A stretch of 64,000 nt of DNA from Lingula anatina (Eukaryota > Animalia > Brachiopoda). The position numbers were made by a program, and so were the translations under genes. The stretch is taken from NCBI GenBank assembly GCA_051362555.1, contig CM120640.1:21142001-21206000 (forward strand). The letters run 5' to 3'. A model generated the notes under the pieces. That model had not been told where the DNA came from. It saw only the letters and a list, made by a program, of their open reading frames with translations, and did not search any database. Of this stretch, positions 1 to 15,100 are shown one piece after another; positions within the stretch are counted from its first letter, which is position 1, and each line of letters starts with the position of its first letter.

Positions 1-32
1 ATAGCTTCAATGAATAAGTAAAGTTACAAAAC

Positions 33-75
33 AGAGAAAAGAGAGAGAGGGAGAGAGAGAGAGAGAGAGAGAGAA
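33..75. repeat. (GA)n microsatellite
   Basis: Read directly from the sequence. Confidence 0.9.
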
Positions 76-169
76 TGCCTTATATCCTCAGTTCATTTTT
101 CAAAATGCAGGGGGAGATAAGTGAATGATTGGTTGTCTTTGGGATTTTCTTATAGAAGGTGGTACTTAC

Positions 170-3100
170 TTTGCATGGACCTTCATAGTCACTTCCTACA
201 CAATGGGATACATAGGGGAAGTTATACTGGTTTCTGAAAAAGGTAAAAATGACACAGTTTAAATTCTGGGAAGACATTACTTTTCTGCTATCACATACAC
301 ATTTTTTTTATTTTCCTTTATGCCATATTTTCCAAAACAATTTTAAATCTGTTAAAACCGATTTAACAGTTTTTACTTATTCAAAAACCAGTATGCTTAC
401 ATTCCATGCTGTTTACAATGTCCAAAATCATTGATAGTTCTCTCATAATTCATCAGCATTGCCATCACCTTGAAAAAAACTCTGAACTCTGTAAAATTCA
501 TATACTAAACATCTACTATTCTTTTCTACTACTATTCTATCAATGGTTGTATTCAAAGTCATTCAAAAATAATACCGGACAAAATCAGACCAATCAGTTA
601 TTTGAGCTTCCCACCAAAAATTAACATTTGATTGTGTATTTTTAATTTACAGGAGTTTTAATGAAAGTATAATACATTATAACTTCATGTTGTGTGTACA
701 GTTTCTTCATATAACTTATCAGTGAGAGATCTGCATTGAGAACTTGTAAATGAGACCACTAAATTCAGTAACTTTACCTGGTATGCAGCAGGCACCATCT
801 TGTTGAAAGTAAAGTCTTTGGTGTCATAATCTATATATTCCAGTCTGCCACTGCGAAACACTATGAAGGTGAAAAAATTTTTAATTATAATGGATATATA
901 CAAATGTTAAAACTACAGACTGCTACACAAATGTAATGGTATTTTTTCTTTAAGTTAATAAACTGTATGAATGTTCACTACTTTTGGTATTCAGATACTG
1001 TTACCGACAAAAAAATGAAAAGTTAAACTGAACTGACCAATATTCCATGGAGCCATATCTTCATAGAAGGGCAGTGTCAGGAACAGATCATAAAACATGG
1101 TTTTTATGGGCTCCAGTAATCCCATTCTCAGAAGGGCAATTAAAGATATAGCTGAAATAAAAAAATATCATAACCATGAAAAGGGTATCTAGGCTCAGTT
1201 AAATTACAGTTAAACAACTGACATTTAGAACTTAATATCCTAAACACATTCACAAACTACAAGAAATAAATATTTACCATAAATTCATGTAATAAGGTAC
1301 ATACCATGAACATCCCCATATGGAATCTTGAATCCATCCCCTTTCCTGATAAGGTATACCTCATAAGTGGACTTACTATGGGCCAGGCAGTGGAGGGTAT
1401 ACTTTCTATCGTGGCCATCTAGCTGGTAGTCAAAATGATGATTAACCTGGAATTCAGAAAAAAAGGGATCAATTCATAACAAAAATCTGATTGCTGATAT
1501 GCTTGAGTACAAGTTCATAGATTTTTACAAATATTATCACTATATGTAAACAGTGTTTTTTAATTTGATCTTTAAGCAATTTGAGGCATTTGCAGTAGTT
1601 TTTCCTAACAGAGTTCACAAATGCTTCAACCAAGCCAAGGGTTGGTACCTTCAAAGGTGCCACTCACATGTCATCTGATATCAATTCACCATTTTTATTA
1701 ATAAAATAAAACTCACTGTGACAGTGAGGTTCCTGACATCTACACGGACCACTTTCCATGGGAAGGATGCAGACTGCATAAATGGTGGTTGAAGAAGCTC
1801 AGCACTTATACTGATGTTCACATCCGCTTCTGCGCTCTGATACAAAGTAATAATGACAATTTCATCAATTTTAAATAACATATGGAACCAAAATGATTTG
1901 CAGATGTATAGTATCAATATGGCTTTTACACAGTATCCTTGAACTGATGATCAACAATGAAAGTATGGTAATCATATTTCATTCATCTGTTTATTTAGCA
2001 AAGGGTTTGTGATGGGTTGTGATTTACATCATAAAGTTATTCAAGACAACTTCTATGCAAATAAATGATAAAACAGAATCTTTTTGAATACAGTTATGTA
2101 CCTCTCCCAGCATCTTTAGTTCAGCATTTTCAAATACTGGGGCTGGATGGTGCTTCAGGTAGTAAATGTCCTGCAGAGTCAATATATAACTAGTAATCAG
2201 GGATTTATAATTACAGTTTTTTTTTTTAAACATAAGTCTTATCTATATGCACACTCATCCAAAAAAGTTTAGAAACATTGTTATTTTCAATGATTATAAA
2301 ACAACCATATGAGCTAAGATAAATATTTTAATTAAATATTGATGGATGATGCACGCACCATTCATTACTTTTTGAAGTTTTGCCAGAAAAGGAATTCTGT
2401 GGGAATTACAGCAACATTTATTTATGTTGGGTCAAATTTCATTTTCAAAAAACATGCAAATGGAGTGACAAAGTTTGAAGTTTGCAACATTACCAAGTCT
2501 TGACAATAAACAGTGAAAATCTTTATCTTTGGTATACAGTATGAAGGATACAGTTAAAATAAAGTTTTGAGGTTGTTGAGCCTCTACTGTTTATTGTCAA
2601 GACTTGCTCAAACTTTGTCATGGAAATCAATAGAGATTTTTACTGTCGTGGAAATCTTATATCACAGTAATTACTGTTGTGTAGTATAATTAGGTAAAAA
2701 TAACCACAAGACTTCCATGTGTGCACTAGGACCTCTAGGACTCCCTATGCACACCTGGCAAGACCATTGCTACAATTAACCAACCTTTCTGTCTAAAGTC
2801 CCATTTCCCCTCAGTGGTCGACCAGTAAAAGACTCTGGGAAGAATGTTGCAAATGCCAAAGACAGCATCTAGAAATAATCAAGAAAAAAAAAATGCCAAG
2901 AATTTTTTTCTGCTTTAAATACAGGATCATCCAAATTTATAATGTTCAGGAGAATATGATGTTTGCAAGCAGTTATATGTTTCAACATTATTGCACTAAA
3001 CTTAATTATCTAAATGTGAATTGTTCATTCCAAAAGAAAAAAAATGTTAAGAAACAATGATGAAAAGAACATAGCATATCAACTCTATTTCATGAAACAC

Positions 3101-6100
3101 TATAATATATTATGAAACAACATTTTTCTATTTTTTTTCCAAAAGCAACATGATGACCTACCTCTGCTGATGGTAACTGAAAGAAAGAAGTGACTCCATT
3201 TGCAATCATCTGCCCAACCATCAGATTGAATTCATCATCGCCCATGGTCATAACAGAGTCCAGAAAAGCCTGAACACCTGCATACAAAACAGAGGGGTTT
3301 TTTAATATGCATGGTATTTGTATTGCATCAAGCGTCTTTTCTTCTTTCTTTTGTGTAATGATAATACAGATTAAAATTTTGAAATGGTAAAGACAAAAAA
3401 ACTAAAAGGATCTATAATGAAATTACACCATCCTGGAAACAAAAATCATTTGCAATCTATTACTAAAAACTGAAGTATAGCCTTAATAAGAAAACACATT
3501 CAATGTGAATAAGGTCACCTACCAAAGTACTGGTATCTCAAAAAATCAGGACTCTGCAGTAATTTGGTAGTGAAATCCTGGTCCACAGCAAGGCTGGTTA
3601 TAACAATATTGGTGACATTCATCTTCCATGTTTCCTGATACAGTTTCTCTGCCTCCTCAAGTTCACTGTGCAGGGATATGAAGGTGCTGTTTTTGTAATG
3701 TTTAGCAAGGAGTTTGATCATCTCTCCTGAAAAATTCACAAAATGGATTTTTAAATTAATACCTCAAATTGAACAAAAATGCTGAGAAAAGATGACATGC
3801 AGCTATAAATGAGCTACAAATACAATCCAATCAGAGCCTGCAGCTTGACATCACTCGCTCCACTGACCTATGAACATGAATGTGACCAGTTTGCAGCAAA
3901 AGCAGTCTATCTATAGCCTTAATAATTGGCTAGCATGGTCTCCACATGTTAGAGAGCTTATCGTTGAACTTCTAGGCTAGAAGTGGCATATAAGAGCCAT
4001 TTTCAAACATAGATTTTGTGCTAAATGTTTTGTTAAATCGCAGTTCTATGGAAAGGAGTTGACAGGGACCAAAAAACACACCTTACTTCTGGGAATGAAT
4101 ATACTTTAGCATGCATTTTCCGGGCCGATTTTGGTCATTTTGGTTGACTATTCTTGCTTAAAATCTACGAGTTAAGATACCAAAAACACATATTTTCAAT
4201 TTTTTCTCAGTAGTTTCTTACCCTCCATGCTTTTATATTCCATAAATGAAAAAGGCTGGGTGTAAATCTCATTTCCAAGTACACTTACAGCTGCCTGGAA
4301 AAATAAAAACTTTGTTTAATTCATGTGCATTTGTAGCACTGAAATTAGTCAGGATGCCAATATATATCATTTCCATTTCAAAAGAGATGAAAATAAAGGG
4401 TCCCACCACAACTCAAGACAACTTAAATTTGTGTAATTAAAAACCCAAAAACTGAAACAGATGTAGTACAAGCTAAAAGCTCTTTCTTAATGCATATCAT
4501 TAAAACAGACGTCCCTGTAACTTCTTTAAGATTAAAACATATTACATGTATTTGCTGACATATACATACACATCATATCTTTCCCAAATTACTATGTTAT
4601 AAGTCATTTCAAAAAAGCTCTCATTCCAATTCCATTGCAAGGTTTAAATAATCAATACAAACACACAAAAAACGAAAAAAGAAAAAAATTCAATTAACAT
4701 GCTATCTTCACAAAATTAACATTTTAGTACACATTCCATGCTACACTGCTTGATTATTTGCATTACTGTACCTGACTTGCTATCAATCTAGACAACTCAG
4801 TGGAAGACTGAAGAAAACGGCGTGTACTGTCTGCAGCATGGTATACCAGGGTGTTGTTGTACCATACCAAGTGATGGGGACACATGTCTGGGTAGACTGG
4901 CAGGGACAGGTACTCCCTCAGCAGGTTCTTCCTGAAAGTGTATTGAAATCATAAAAAAGTCAGTATGTTTACCCACTGCAACATGCTGTTTTTAAACATG
5001 TAATTCTCACCAACAAATCCTGTGAAAACAAGTTATAGTAGTACTATAATAAATCATTATTTCCCATAATTTTATAAATGCAGAATTCACTCAATGATAT
5101 TTCCCCTTTTTATGTCTCAATTTACAATAATATCAATTCTCTAAGCTTAAAATATGTTTTCAAAGGAAATCAAAATGCAGCTTCTCTGGAGTTGCTTGAA
5201 GCACTTACACTACCCTCACAGTATGATCTATCTTTCTCTTGTACTTGAGCGTAACTTCATTTTAATTATAAAAATGTAAAACTCTGACCTAGCAACCTTA
5301 TCCAAACCAAGGCCAAGCAAGAGCTCCAGACCTATTCCCTCCATGCATCTAGCCAGCCTGGTTTCTTGTTTGGAGACCCCAACTCTGCACTGCTTGTCTG
5401 GAGTCAGCTGAATGTTTGCCCTGGTGTCCTGGCAATCCAATACAACCTGAAAATGATAATAATTAATTGGAATTTACACCTGGTGCAAGCACAAGACTAA
5501 GATTTGAATTTTATAAAGCACAAAAATATCTACAACAGTCAATGCCAAAAAATTTAAGCCTGCTGGCCCTACAGAAAACCAAAGTCTAAGAATCTGCAGA
5601 CCTAAAGTAGAAATATGGTAGCCATGGCATAGCTGAACAAATTTACAACACTTTGCAGCTTCAACTTTAAAAGTATTTGGCTTGGGACTGACAATAACAT
5701 CACAAACTGCTGCAAGGGCATAGTAGGAATAGAAAAACTGCCAGCAAAAAAATGTAAATTAGTTCCATGTACCCTGCAAAAAAAAATGGGAGGAAGTAAA
5801 TGATTTGTTTTTCTTCATTTCCTGAGGCCAACCTGTGACACAATCTTTCATTGCAGCCTGAGACTTACTGTGAGACTAATCTTAAAATAACAACATAAGT
5901 GTACACATTAGCTGCAAGTCACTTTTTTCCTCAAAATGTTAATACTCACTGTTCTCTGCATATGTCCTAGAGTTATTTTAACCAGTTTGGTGGCCAATGT
6001 GTACCCTCTAAGAATATCAACGTCATCTACCAAGCTAACTTCAGCTTCATTCTCCAACCCATGCAGTTTCAAAGTTTCAAATATCATACCCTATGATAAG

Positions 6101-9100
6101 CAGGAAAAAGAAGCATCAGTGCATTCACAATATTACCTCTAATACTGAAATTGGGTATAAGTAAAGCATAATTGAAAATGGGATCTAAATTGTGCCCATT
6201 TTAATGATAGTGAATGATAAAGAAGGAGAAAAATCCTATCCCCTTCAAAGTTTCCCTATTCATGATCATATCTAAGACACTTCTCAACCCCCTTTTTTTT
6301 TACACAATATAGGAAAAGAATAATATTTCTACCCTGCCATTTAAAACTGAGAAGAGAAATATGTTTACCCACAAAAGAAAGTAAAAAAAAACAATAAAAC
6401 TCCCTATCTCTCACATAAATCTTTACCTTGAAAACTGCATGGGTTTGCTCTGCACCTGTGCTGTTCCCAAGTAAAAGGTCAGCCATAACCAGCTGCTCAG
6501 GAGAAGGGACTTCAAGGTAGGTAGTGTGAGCCATGGTCAGCAAGTGACCGAGGTAGTACAGGAAACCTTGACCAAGAGATGTTAGATGATGAAAGGTCTC
6601 CAAGCCCAAAATCTGTAACATAATATAGTGTAAATCTATACATATTTTAATATGCTAAAACAATAAGGTAAATATGAACAGCTTTGTTTTTCTTTTTGTT
6701 ATCAAAATATCAAAGATTATAACATATGTCTGTACAGAGTAAATTTTAGAAGTTAGTTTGTAAAAACAAATGTTACATCATGAAGTTTTACTGACTAATG
6801 TAAAATATCCCTTTTTTCACATCTGATAATTCAATGTTCTAAACCAATGTGTATTATTCAGGTCAACATGTTACCCAATCAAATCTGTAGAGGTGCCTTC
6901 AATTTTTAATTCATCAACTTATTTGTTACAAAGAAGAGGCAATTTTTAGTTCCTGGCATGTAGGTAAAACAATAAAACAATAAAACATAATGAGCTGACT
7001 CAATCATACCTGAATCTGAAATATCTCTGGCATCTTGACAATTTTATCCACAGTACCAGGACTCAAGTTATTCACCAAGAGAAGGAAATTCTTAGCACCC
7101 AAGCTTGTTATCATTTTCCTGAAAAATTAGTTTTTTCAGTGCATGAAGCCATTTAAACTGGAGTAAAATTACACAAAAAGTGTAATAGGTGTTTTCCTTC
7201 TTTATTCATGATTTTCTAAATCTAGAAGTCATCAATAACTTTTTTTTTTTACCTTTGTAGATACCATTCATTTAATATTTTCTTACCAAATTGCCATCTA
7301 CATGTATCAGTAGGTTTCTTACCTAAGTCCTTGCATATGTCTGGCACTGCTTGTGTCAAGTACAGAGAGAACAGTAGAGTTGAGATACCTGTGAGCAATC
7401 TTAGCTCCTAGTAACACCTGCTGGTTACCACCTAGGGTACAAACAACACAGGTCTATAGAAACCAATAGTTTCAATATTGTTTTGATGGAAAAATCTAAT
7501 TTACATTAAGATAAGAAATCTCCTCATAACTGCAATCTTTATTTTTACAGATCTCAAAAGTCTAGAATCATAAGACATAAGCTTAAAGCTTTTGTATAAA
7601 AGAATCCAACACCACTGACGGTGCACTTGAGATGTCTGTGACATTAATATATCATATGCAAGTTACAAGTTAACATTGTCCTCATGGTTCTGGACCATTG
7701 AAGCTGCTTTAAAAATATAATTGGCTACACTACATTGTCACTTTTCATACCATAGGTCAAAACACTGAAGAAGTTTCTCTCTTTCCCATTCAGAGCAGCG
7801 ATGTCATTCTTGATCAGTTTCCACTCAGAGTCGTACACACTTTCCTCCTTATGTTTTGGTCCAAATGTGTGTTCCATTGGCTGGTGTTTCTCCCTCACTG
7901 TTCTTGCTGGTTCTCTTAATTCTGGTTTTACAGAAGTCACTGGAGACTATTAAAGAACAGTTATCAAAATAACAAAGTACTTTTCCAAAAATACTGGGAC
8001 TATATTCACTGTATGTATGCATGTCTTACATTGTACATGCTTGTTTACAACTGTATCTCACAAACATCATCTTGATTTCTTACGTACATTCTTTACAACA
8101 GTGACTGCTATCATTCACTAAATCATAAGTGAAGATATATAATAACGACAAAATTTTCTACTTTTAACAAGAGGTCAATATGGGTCTTGCATAAAGTTTC
8201 TAAGAAGTCGTGTGAGGTATCCAAACACAAATCATCTGCTACACACTAATGCATGCACACACATGGAGTCATTTCCATAGTTTCCACTATGAAGAGGCAG
8301 TCAATCAAATATTCTGACCAAAATAGATTTCATGCCCTGATCAGCATAATGAACTAGAGGCAGTCACGCTTGCAGCTATGCTTCTCTCCTACCTTAAAAT
8401 CATATTCATCATTTAAAGCTTCTTCTTCCTCCTCCATCTCTTCAGCCACCACCTCTTCCTCCTCTTCCTGTAGCATAGCAAGCCAGCTTTAGCAACATGC
8501 GGTGTGATTCAGCAGTAATTGGGAAGCACTCAACAAAGCCATGGGGATTGATGGTGTTACAAAAGCTTTCTTTAATTTATAACTTTCATCACACAGCTCA
8601 TTCTCTTAATCTCTGTTTCATGTGGAGGTTAATTTGGCAATTGATACTATGAGGGCAATCATTAGATAAAGACCACTTTATGAAGCAAAGCAAAGAACAT
8701 TAAGCAATGAGCTATCAATAGCAATTAGCACATATCAATGAAATATTTTGGCCTATTTCTGCATGAAAATTTGCAGCCAGGATTTACATGTCTTGCTGTA
8801 GTATTCATCATGTGAAAAACATTGCATCAAAACCAATCTAAATTCAACTGGCAAAGCCTTTCTAGCCATTTTCACCCTTAATCATTATGATATTCATTAA
8901 AGGGGACAGATGCAATCAAAAACTTGTTGGGTAAAATCAAACACAAAATTGAAACTTTTTTCAAAGATTCAGTCTTCTACAATTATTACACCTGATGCAA
9001 TAATGCACACAGCATCAATTCTTCTATTACCTCATTATTTCCCAGCTCTGACTTCTGGGCTGCAGCTGCTTGCTGGTCAGTACTATCTGAAAATAAAAAA

Positions 9101-12100
9101 CAACCTTGTTCATTTGACCAATTCTTAAAAACACAGGAATGACAGTAAATTGTTTTTAAACAAGGCAGCAAAGCTGTCAAATGTACAGACAAAAAACAGA
9201 AAAAAAAGATGCAAAAGAGGTCATTTTGTCAATTTTGATGCAACAATAAATAATGCTTATAATAGCAGTCAGTCAACACTGATTTTTCATTATGCACAAC
9301 AGGTAACATGGTCAATAACAGGAGCAGATCCAGAAATATTTTTGACAGTATTCTAAAGTATCTTTATTGATCCATCTTCCATTTTGATGGTCTTCCAAAA
9401 GAAAAAAATAGATACCCATCAATATAAAAAATCTAACTGTCTTCCAGGAGACCCAGAAGATGGTCTCAATCCACCCCTTCAATAAGATTATAGTTTCATG
9501 ACCATGAGAGTTAAAATTCACATGATGAAAGTCCCAATATAAGAAAAATGATGACAGTGCATAAAATAATATTACTAGTGTTTAAAGACATGAATACCAA
9601 TACAACTGCTTACGTGGAAATACAGAAATTGTGCAGAGCCTCAGGTGGATGGGAAAGTCACATCTTAAAAATGCCAGTGTTGGAGAAGAAATTAAAAAGA
9701 AAACAACAAAAATATAATCTAATGAAGCTGCTATTCAGTGCTTCCTTATTATGGACACTGTTATCTAGCAGAGAGCTTAACCTTTGGGAGTTTACAGGGA
9801 AATATCAACAAGTGTGATTTATGAAATCTCATTTAATGGCCACTAATCAGGCAAATGAGTTTATAGCACTAAACTTAACCTAGTGAATACCCAAGGGGAA
9901 TTTACAGACTGACCACACAAATTTGTCCCATAAGACACAGCTTAAGAAAAGCACAAAACAATAATGCACAAAAATAGGAGACTGCAAATTCTGATGCAAT
10001 AGTACATTATGTTTAACTGCACAGTCAATATCAAATTTTAATTATGCAGAACAGGTAACAACGACGAAAGTAAAAGCATAAGGCTTCAGGTCCATCAAAG
10101 TTCAAATTTACAATTAGAAAGAGCCAGAATGAGAAAAATGAAAATTTAACACAAAATTGCATAAATTCAATAATAAATGATAACCCAATTGAGCTGGCTT
10201 TCTAATTTGAACTGCATGCCAATCCTAAAAATCATACTTGTAAGTTAAACATAATAATAAGTAACACAGTTTTCTTTCCATAATGTTTGCAGAAGCAGTA
10301 CAAAAATATTTTTGTCAATTTTGATGTAACATTACATAATAATTTATAGAATAATGATCACCAATTTTTATTATTGACTATGAATAGCAAGGACATGTAG
10401 AAAATTTGATTACCATTCGGCTTCATGTCCATGGGAGTTCTGAGTCCCACAATGAATATGCCAAAAAGATGCAGGAAATATCAAACAAACACTTTTAGGC
10501 ATCTTATTAGTTAAATAATGAGACTGTTAACATGCTTAAGAATTGAATCTGAGGAAATGTGAAAAAAACAGTATAACTTCTAAAATAATGGCCCGATTAT
10601 GCTGATTTTCGAACTCAACCTGCGTTTTAGTAAGATTGACCACTCCTGTGAGTATAATTACAATTGGCCAATCCGTTTTTCTTATATTGTGTTATCAGTG
10701 TTGCATTTATATTGAAAATAGTGAAAAAACAGCATAAATTCCCTCAAAATAGCCCAATCATGCTGATTTTTGAACTTGACCTGCGTATTATGAATATTCA
10801 TCAGTTCTGCAAGTTTCAAGTCAAAAGGTAAAATGGTTTTCCACTTATCGTGTTATCGGTAAAAGTGCACGGCGACGGCGACGACGGCGACGACAGCGAC
10901 GACGGCGACGACAGACGCAGATGACGGCTATATGTACAGACACATCTGTGTCTGTACATAAAAACAGCATAAATTCCCTAAAAGTGACCCGATCATGCTG
11001 ATTTTCGAACTTGACCTGCGTATTATGAATATTCATCAGTTCTGTAAGTTTCAAGTCAAAAGGTAAAATGGTTTTCCACTTATCGTGTTATCGGTGCTGC
11101 ATATATGCTGAAAAAAGTGAAGAAACAGCATAAATTCCCTAAAAGTGACCCGATCATGCTGATTTTCGAACTTGACCTGCGTATTATGAATATTCATCAG
11201 TTCTGCAAGTTTCAAGTCAAAAGGTAAAATGGTTTTCCACTTATCGTGTTATCGGTAAAAGTGCACGGCGACGGCGACGACAGTGACGACGGCGACGGCG
11301 ACGACAGACGCAGATGATGGCTATATGTACAGACACATCTGTGTCTGTACATAAAAAAGGTATAGATACAATGAAGGTGTTATGAAGAGAATGCATTTTG
11401 ATGCTCATCACATAAAATTCAATTCACTCAAAACCATCCGTAATAAAACAACTAAAACATTCAATTTCAGTAATGAAAGCAAATAACAACCTTTTCTAAT
11501 TCCATTTAAAGAGACCAAGGGCTCTTTTGAAGACAAGGACGATGGTGTTGCTGTCTTAGATGCCATTTTCTTAACTGGGCCTTGGGTGGAGGTCACTTTT
11601 TTGCTTTCAATTTGATCATGGTCATTGTCAATCTTTGTTCTTTGGGCTTAAGTATGGAAATACAGAAACTAAGCATAGTTGTACAAAAAACACTGAGGAA
11701 CAAGCAAGTGATATACATGAACAATGTGAGTGACAAAATCGATAATGACACTACTTTTGCACCATTAGAAAATAATATTTTTATACAAATAACTTTTGTA
11801 TTATTTCAGTCACTTTATACATATAAGGCTCAAACAATAAAAACATTTATAAACAGTTAATGTCACTCTTCTTCACATTATCATTTTACCTTTATATCTA
11901 TTCATGAGAGTTTTCTTAAAGTCTTCCTTGTATTTGTCTAGTTTTTCCCTAACACTTAAGGATAGGCCTTGTTGGGCATCATTCTGAAGTAGCCTCCTCT
12001 GCAATAAACAATAACAAAAGAATACATCGATTAACTTGTATTTTATGGAGTTTTGCTTCCAGCAGCTAACAATCACTTAATTATAATGAAAATAAAATTT

Positions 12101-15100
12101 GAAGTAAAAATTCTTTCGAGCTATCATACTTGTAATTTTTTATTTCAACTCCTGATCATGAGTGAACACAAATATCTGACCTTAAACTCTGAGAATTTAC
12201 ATCCATTAAACATAATGAATTTAAAAAAAACTACTCACCATACCATCTTTCCTATCCTCTATCTGACCACCTTGTTCCCTGGGCTTAAACACCACTGGCT
12301 GCTGTTCAATCTTTCCAACAGGACCCAAATGATCAGCACCATTTTGTACCAGATCATTTTTTAAATAATCAGCCTGTCTACTGTCCTGTTGTTCCACACC
12401 CTGATATTTATTTCTATAAATTTTCCTGGCATTTCCATGGATTCGTTTTGGTACTGGTTTTGGAATTTGATGCTGCTCTGCAAGAGGTACTGGTTCTTTA
12501 TTTAAAGGATCAAATTCACGGATTACACTTTTAAGTGTTGTTGTTGTGCCTCCATGCTGTATACTTCTCAAATTTTGAACATATTTGGGACTGCTCACTT
12601 TCTGATGAATTATGTTCTTTTCTAATTCAGGCAACTGTCCTTCAGTTTCTATTGGTTTCTTTGGCTGAGCAATGACTGGATTCCCTGAATTGGTAAGAAG
12701 TATTCATATGAACAAAGATTCAAGTTACAACAAGACACCTTACACAACTGTAAAGACAGATGAAGGTGTGCAAGTGCATGTAGGTTTCAACATTTAGTCC
12801 AACATCATAACTAGAGGATCAGAGAGGCGATACCGCCTCCGAATATTGTACCACCAGCTGGAGCAAGCGCATTCGTATAGACCCCCACATACACAAAATA
12901 AGGGACACAGCCACCAGTCTTATGCTTGACAAGCTATAAAAATGCAATCAACAAGAATTTTCAAAATACGCAAAAATATATATATAACTTAAAATGGTAC
13001 AATCAAAGTTAAGTTAAGGTAGGTCAAAGGTCAATTTCAAGGTCACAGTAAATTGCCAGTATATGACTTTCTATTCAACTTCAATAGTAACTATGGACCT
13101 ATCTCTGCCAGGTTTGGAGTTAAAAGAGAAAGAAATTAGCAGAGTTCAGTTCATGATTATAAGTAGGTCAAAGGTCAATTTCAAGGTCACACTTAGATTG
13201 CCAGTATATGACTTCCTATTAAAGTTCAATAGTAACTATGGACCTATCTCGCTAGTTTTGGAAATAAAAGGGAACCAAAATTTGCAAAGTTCAATTCATG
13301 ATAAAAAGAAGGTCAAAGGTCAATTTCAAGGTCACATTTAGATTGCCAGTATATGACTTCCTATTCAAGTTCAATAGTAACTATGGACCTATCTCTGCTA
13401 GTTTTGGAGATAAAAGGGAAGCAAAATTTCCAATTTCAAAAAAGTTCAGTTCATGGTGAAAAGTAGGTCAAAGAGAAATTTCAAGGTCACATTTAGATTG
13501 TCAGTATATGACTTCATATTCAAGTTCAATAGAAACTATGGACCTATCTCTGCCAGTTTTGGAGATAAAAGGGAGGCAAAATTTGCAAAGTTCAGTTCAT
13601 GATGAAAAGTATGTCAAAGGTCAATTTCAAGGTCACAGTAAGATTGCCAGTATATGACTTCCTATTCAAGTTCAATAGTAACTATGGACCTATCTCTGCC
13701 AGTTTTGGAGATAAAAGGGAACCAAAATTTGCAAACATCAATTCATGATAAAAAGTAGGTCAAAGGTCAATTTCAAGGTCACAATTAGATTGCCAGTATA
13801 TGACTTCCTATTCAACTTCAATAGTAACTTTGGACCTATCTCTGCCAGGTTTGGAGTTAAAAGAGAAAGAAATTAGCAGAGTTCAGTTCAAGGTGAAAAG
13901 TAGGTCAAAGGTCAATTTTAAGGTCACATTTAGATTGCCAGTATATGACTTCCTATTCAACTTCAATAGTAACTATGGACCTATCTCTGCTAGTTTTGGA
14001 GATAAAAGGGAAGCAAAATTTCCAAAGTTCAGTTCATGGTGAAAAGTAGGTCAAAGGTCAATTTTAAGGTCACATTTAGATTGCCAGTATATGACTTCCT
14101 ATTCAATTTCAATAGTAACTATGGACCTATCTCTGCCAGTTTTGGAGATAAAAGGGAAGCAAAATTTGCAAAGTTCAATTTATGGTGAAAAGTAGGTCAA
14201 AGGTCAATTTCAAGGTCACAGTAAGATTGCCAGTATATGACTTCCTATTCAACTTCAATAGTAACTATGGACCTATCTCTGCCAGTTTTGGAGATATAAG
14301 GGACTAAATGTTATAATTTCGGTGTTACCTTAATGTGCCATAAATTTCCTACAGAAAAAATTAATTAAAATAAAGAAAAGGTCATTTTGGTCAAAATTCT
14401 TGAAATGGGAGGTGCTCTGAAGTTCCAGATGTTCAAATTTGATGAAATAATGTCATTTTTGACCACAAGTTGTCTGCTTTGCCAAGCCTTATGTTTTATT
14501 TTTCCAGAGTTCAAAATTTATTATCCATTACCGTACTGCACATTTTGCTTTCACCACCAATATGTACTTTTTGATACAGCGTAACTCAAAAACCGTATGG
14601 AATACAAAAAAACGGAGACCACCTCCAGTGTTGGGCTTTACATGCTCTACAAAATGCAAAAAAGAATGGGTCTCTAGCATTAACGGTTCCCGAATTACAG
14701 ACAGTTTTCAGTTTCGGTATCTTATGGCCGCTTCACCCGTGAAAATGCACCGATTGACCCCAAATTCACACAGATGAAAGATGACCTGAAGGGTAATATT
14801 TTCCAATAATATTATTGGTTAAGTCTGTGTGGTGTCTGAATAACAGCGCAAATAAATTTTTTTTCGTAAAAAAATTCATTTTTTTGAAAATTTTTGCCCC
14901 TTTGACCTTGAAATAAAGGTCAAAGGTCAAATCCAAGGGCATATTTGAAATCTACACATATGACTTTTGGAAAGCCATCTGTAGAAATTTTTCCCATAAT
15001 TCCTTCCGTAGGGTAGATAATTAGCATTTAATTTTGCCATTTTTGGACAAGGGTGCATTGCAATGAGAGTCACACCTAGACCCCAATACTGACAAAGCCC

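Noticed and set aside
13021-14303. CRISPR-like regularly spaced array
   Set aside because: The whole ~146 bp unit repeats with no unique spacers, the context is a eukaryotic intron, and there are no cas genes. It is a satellite.
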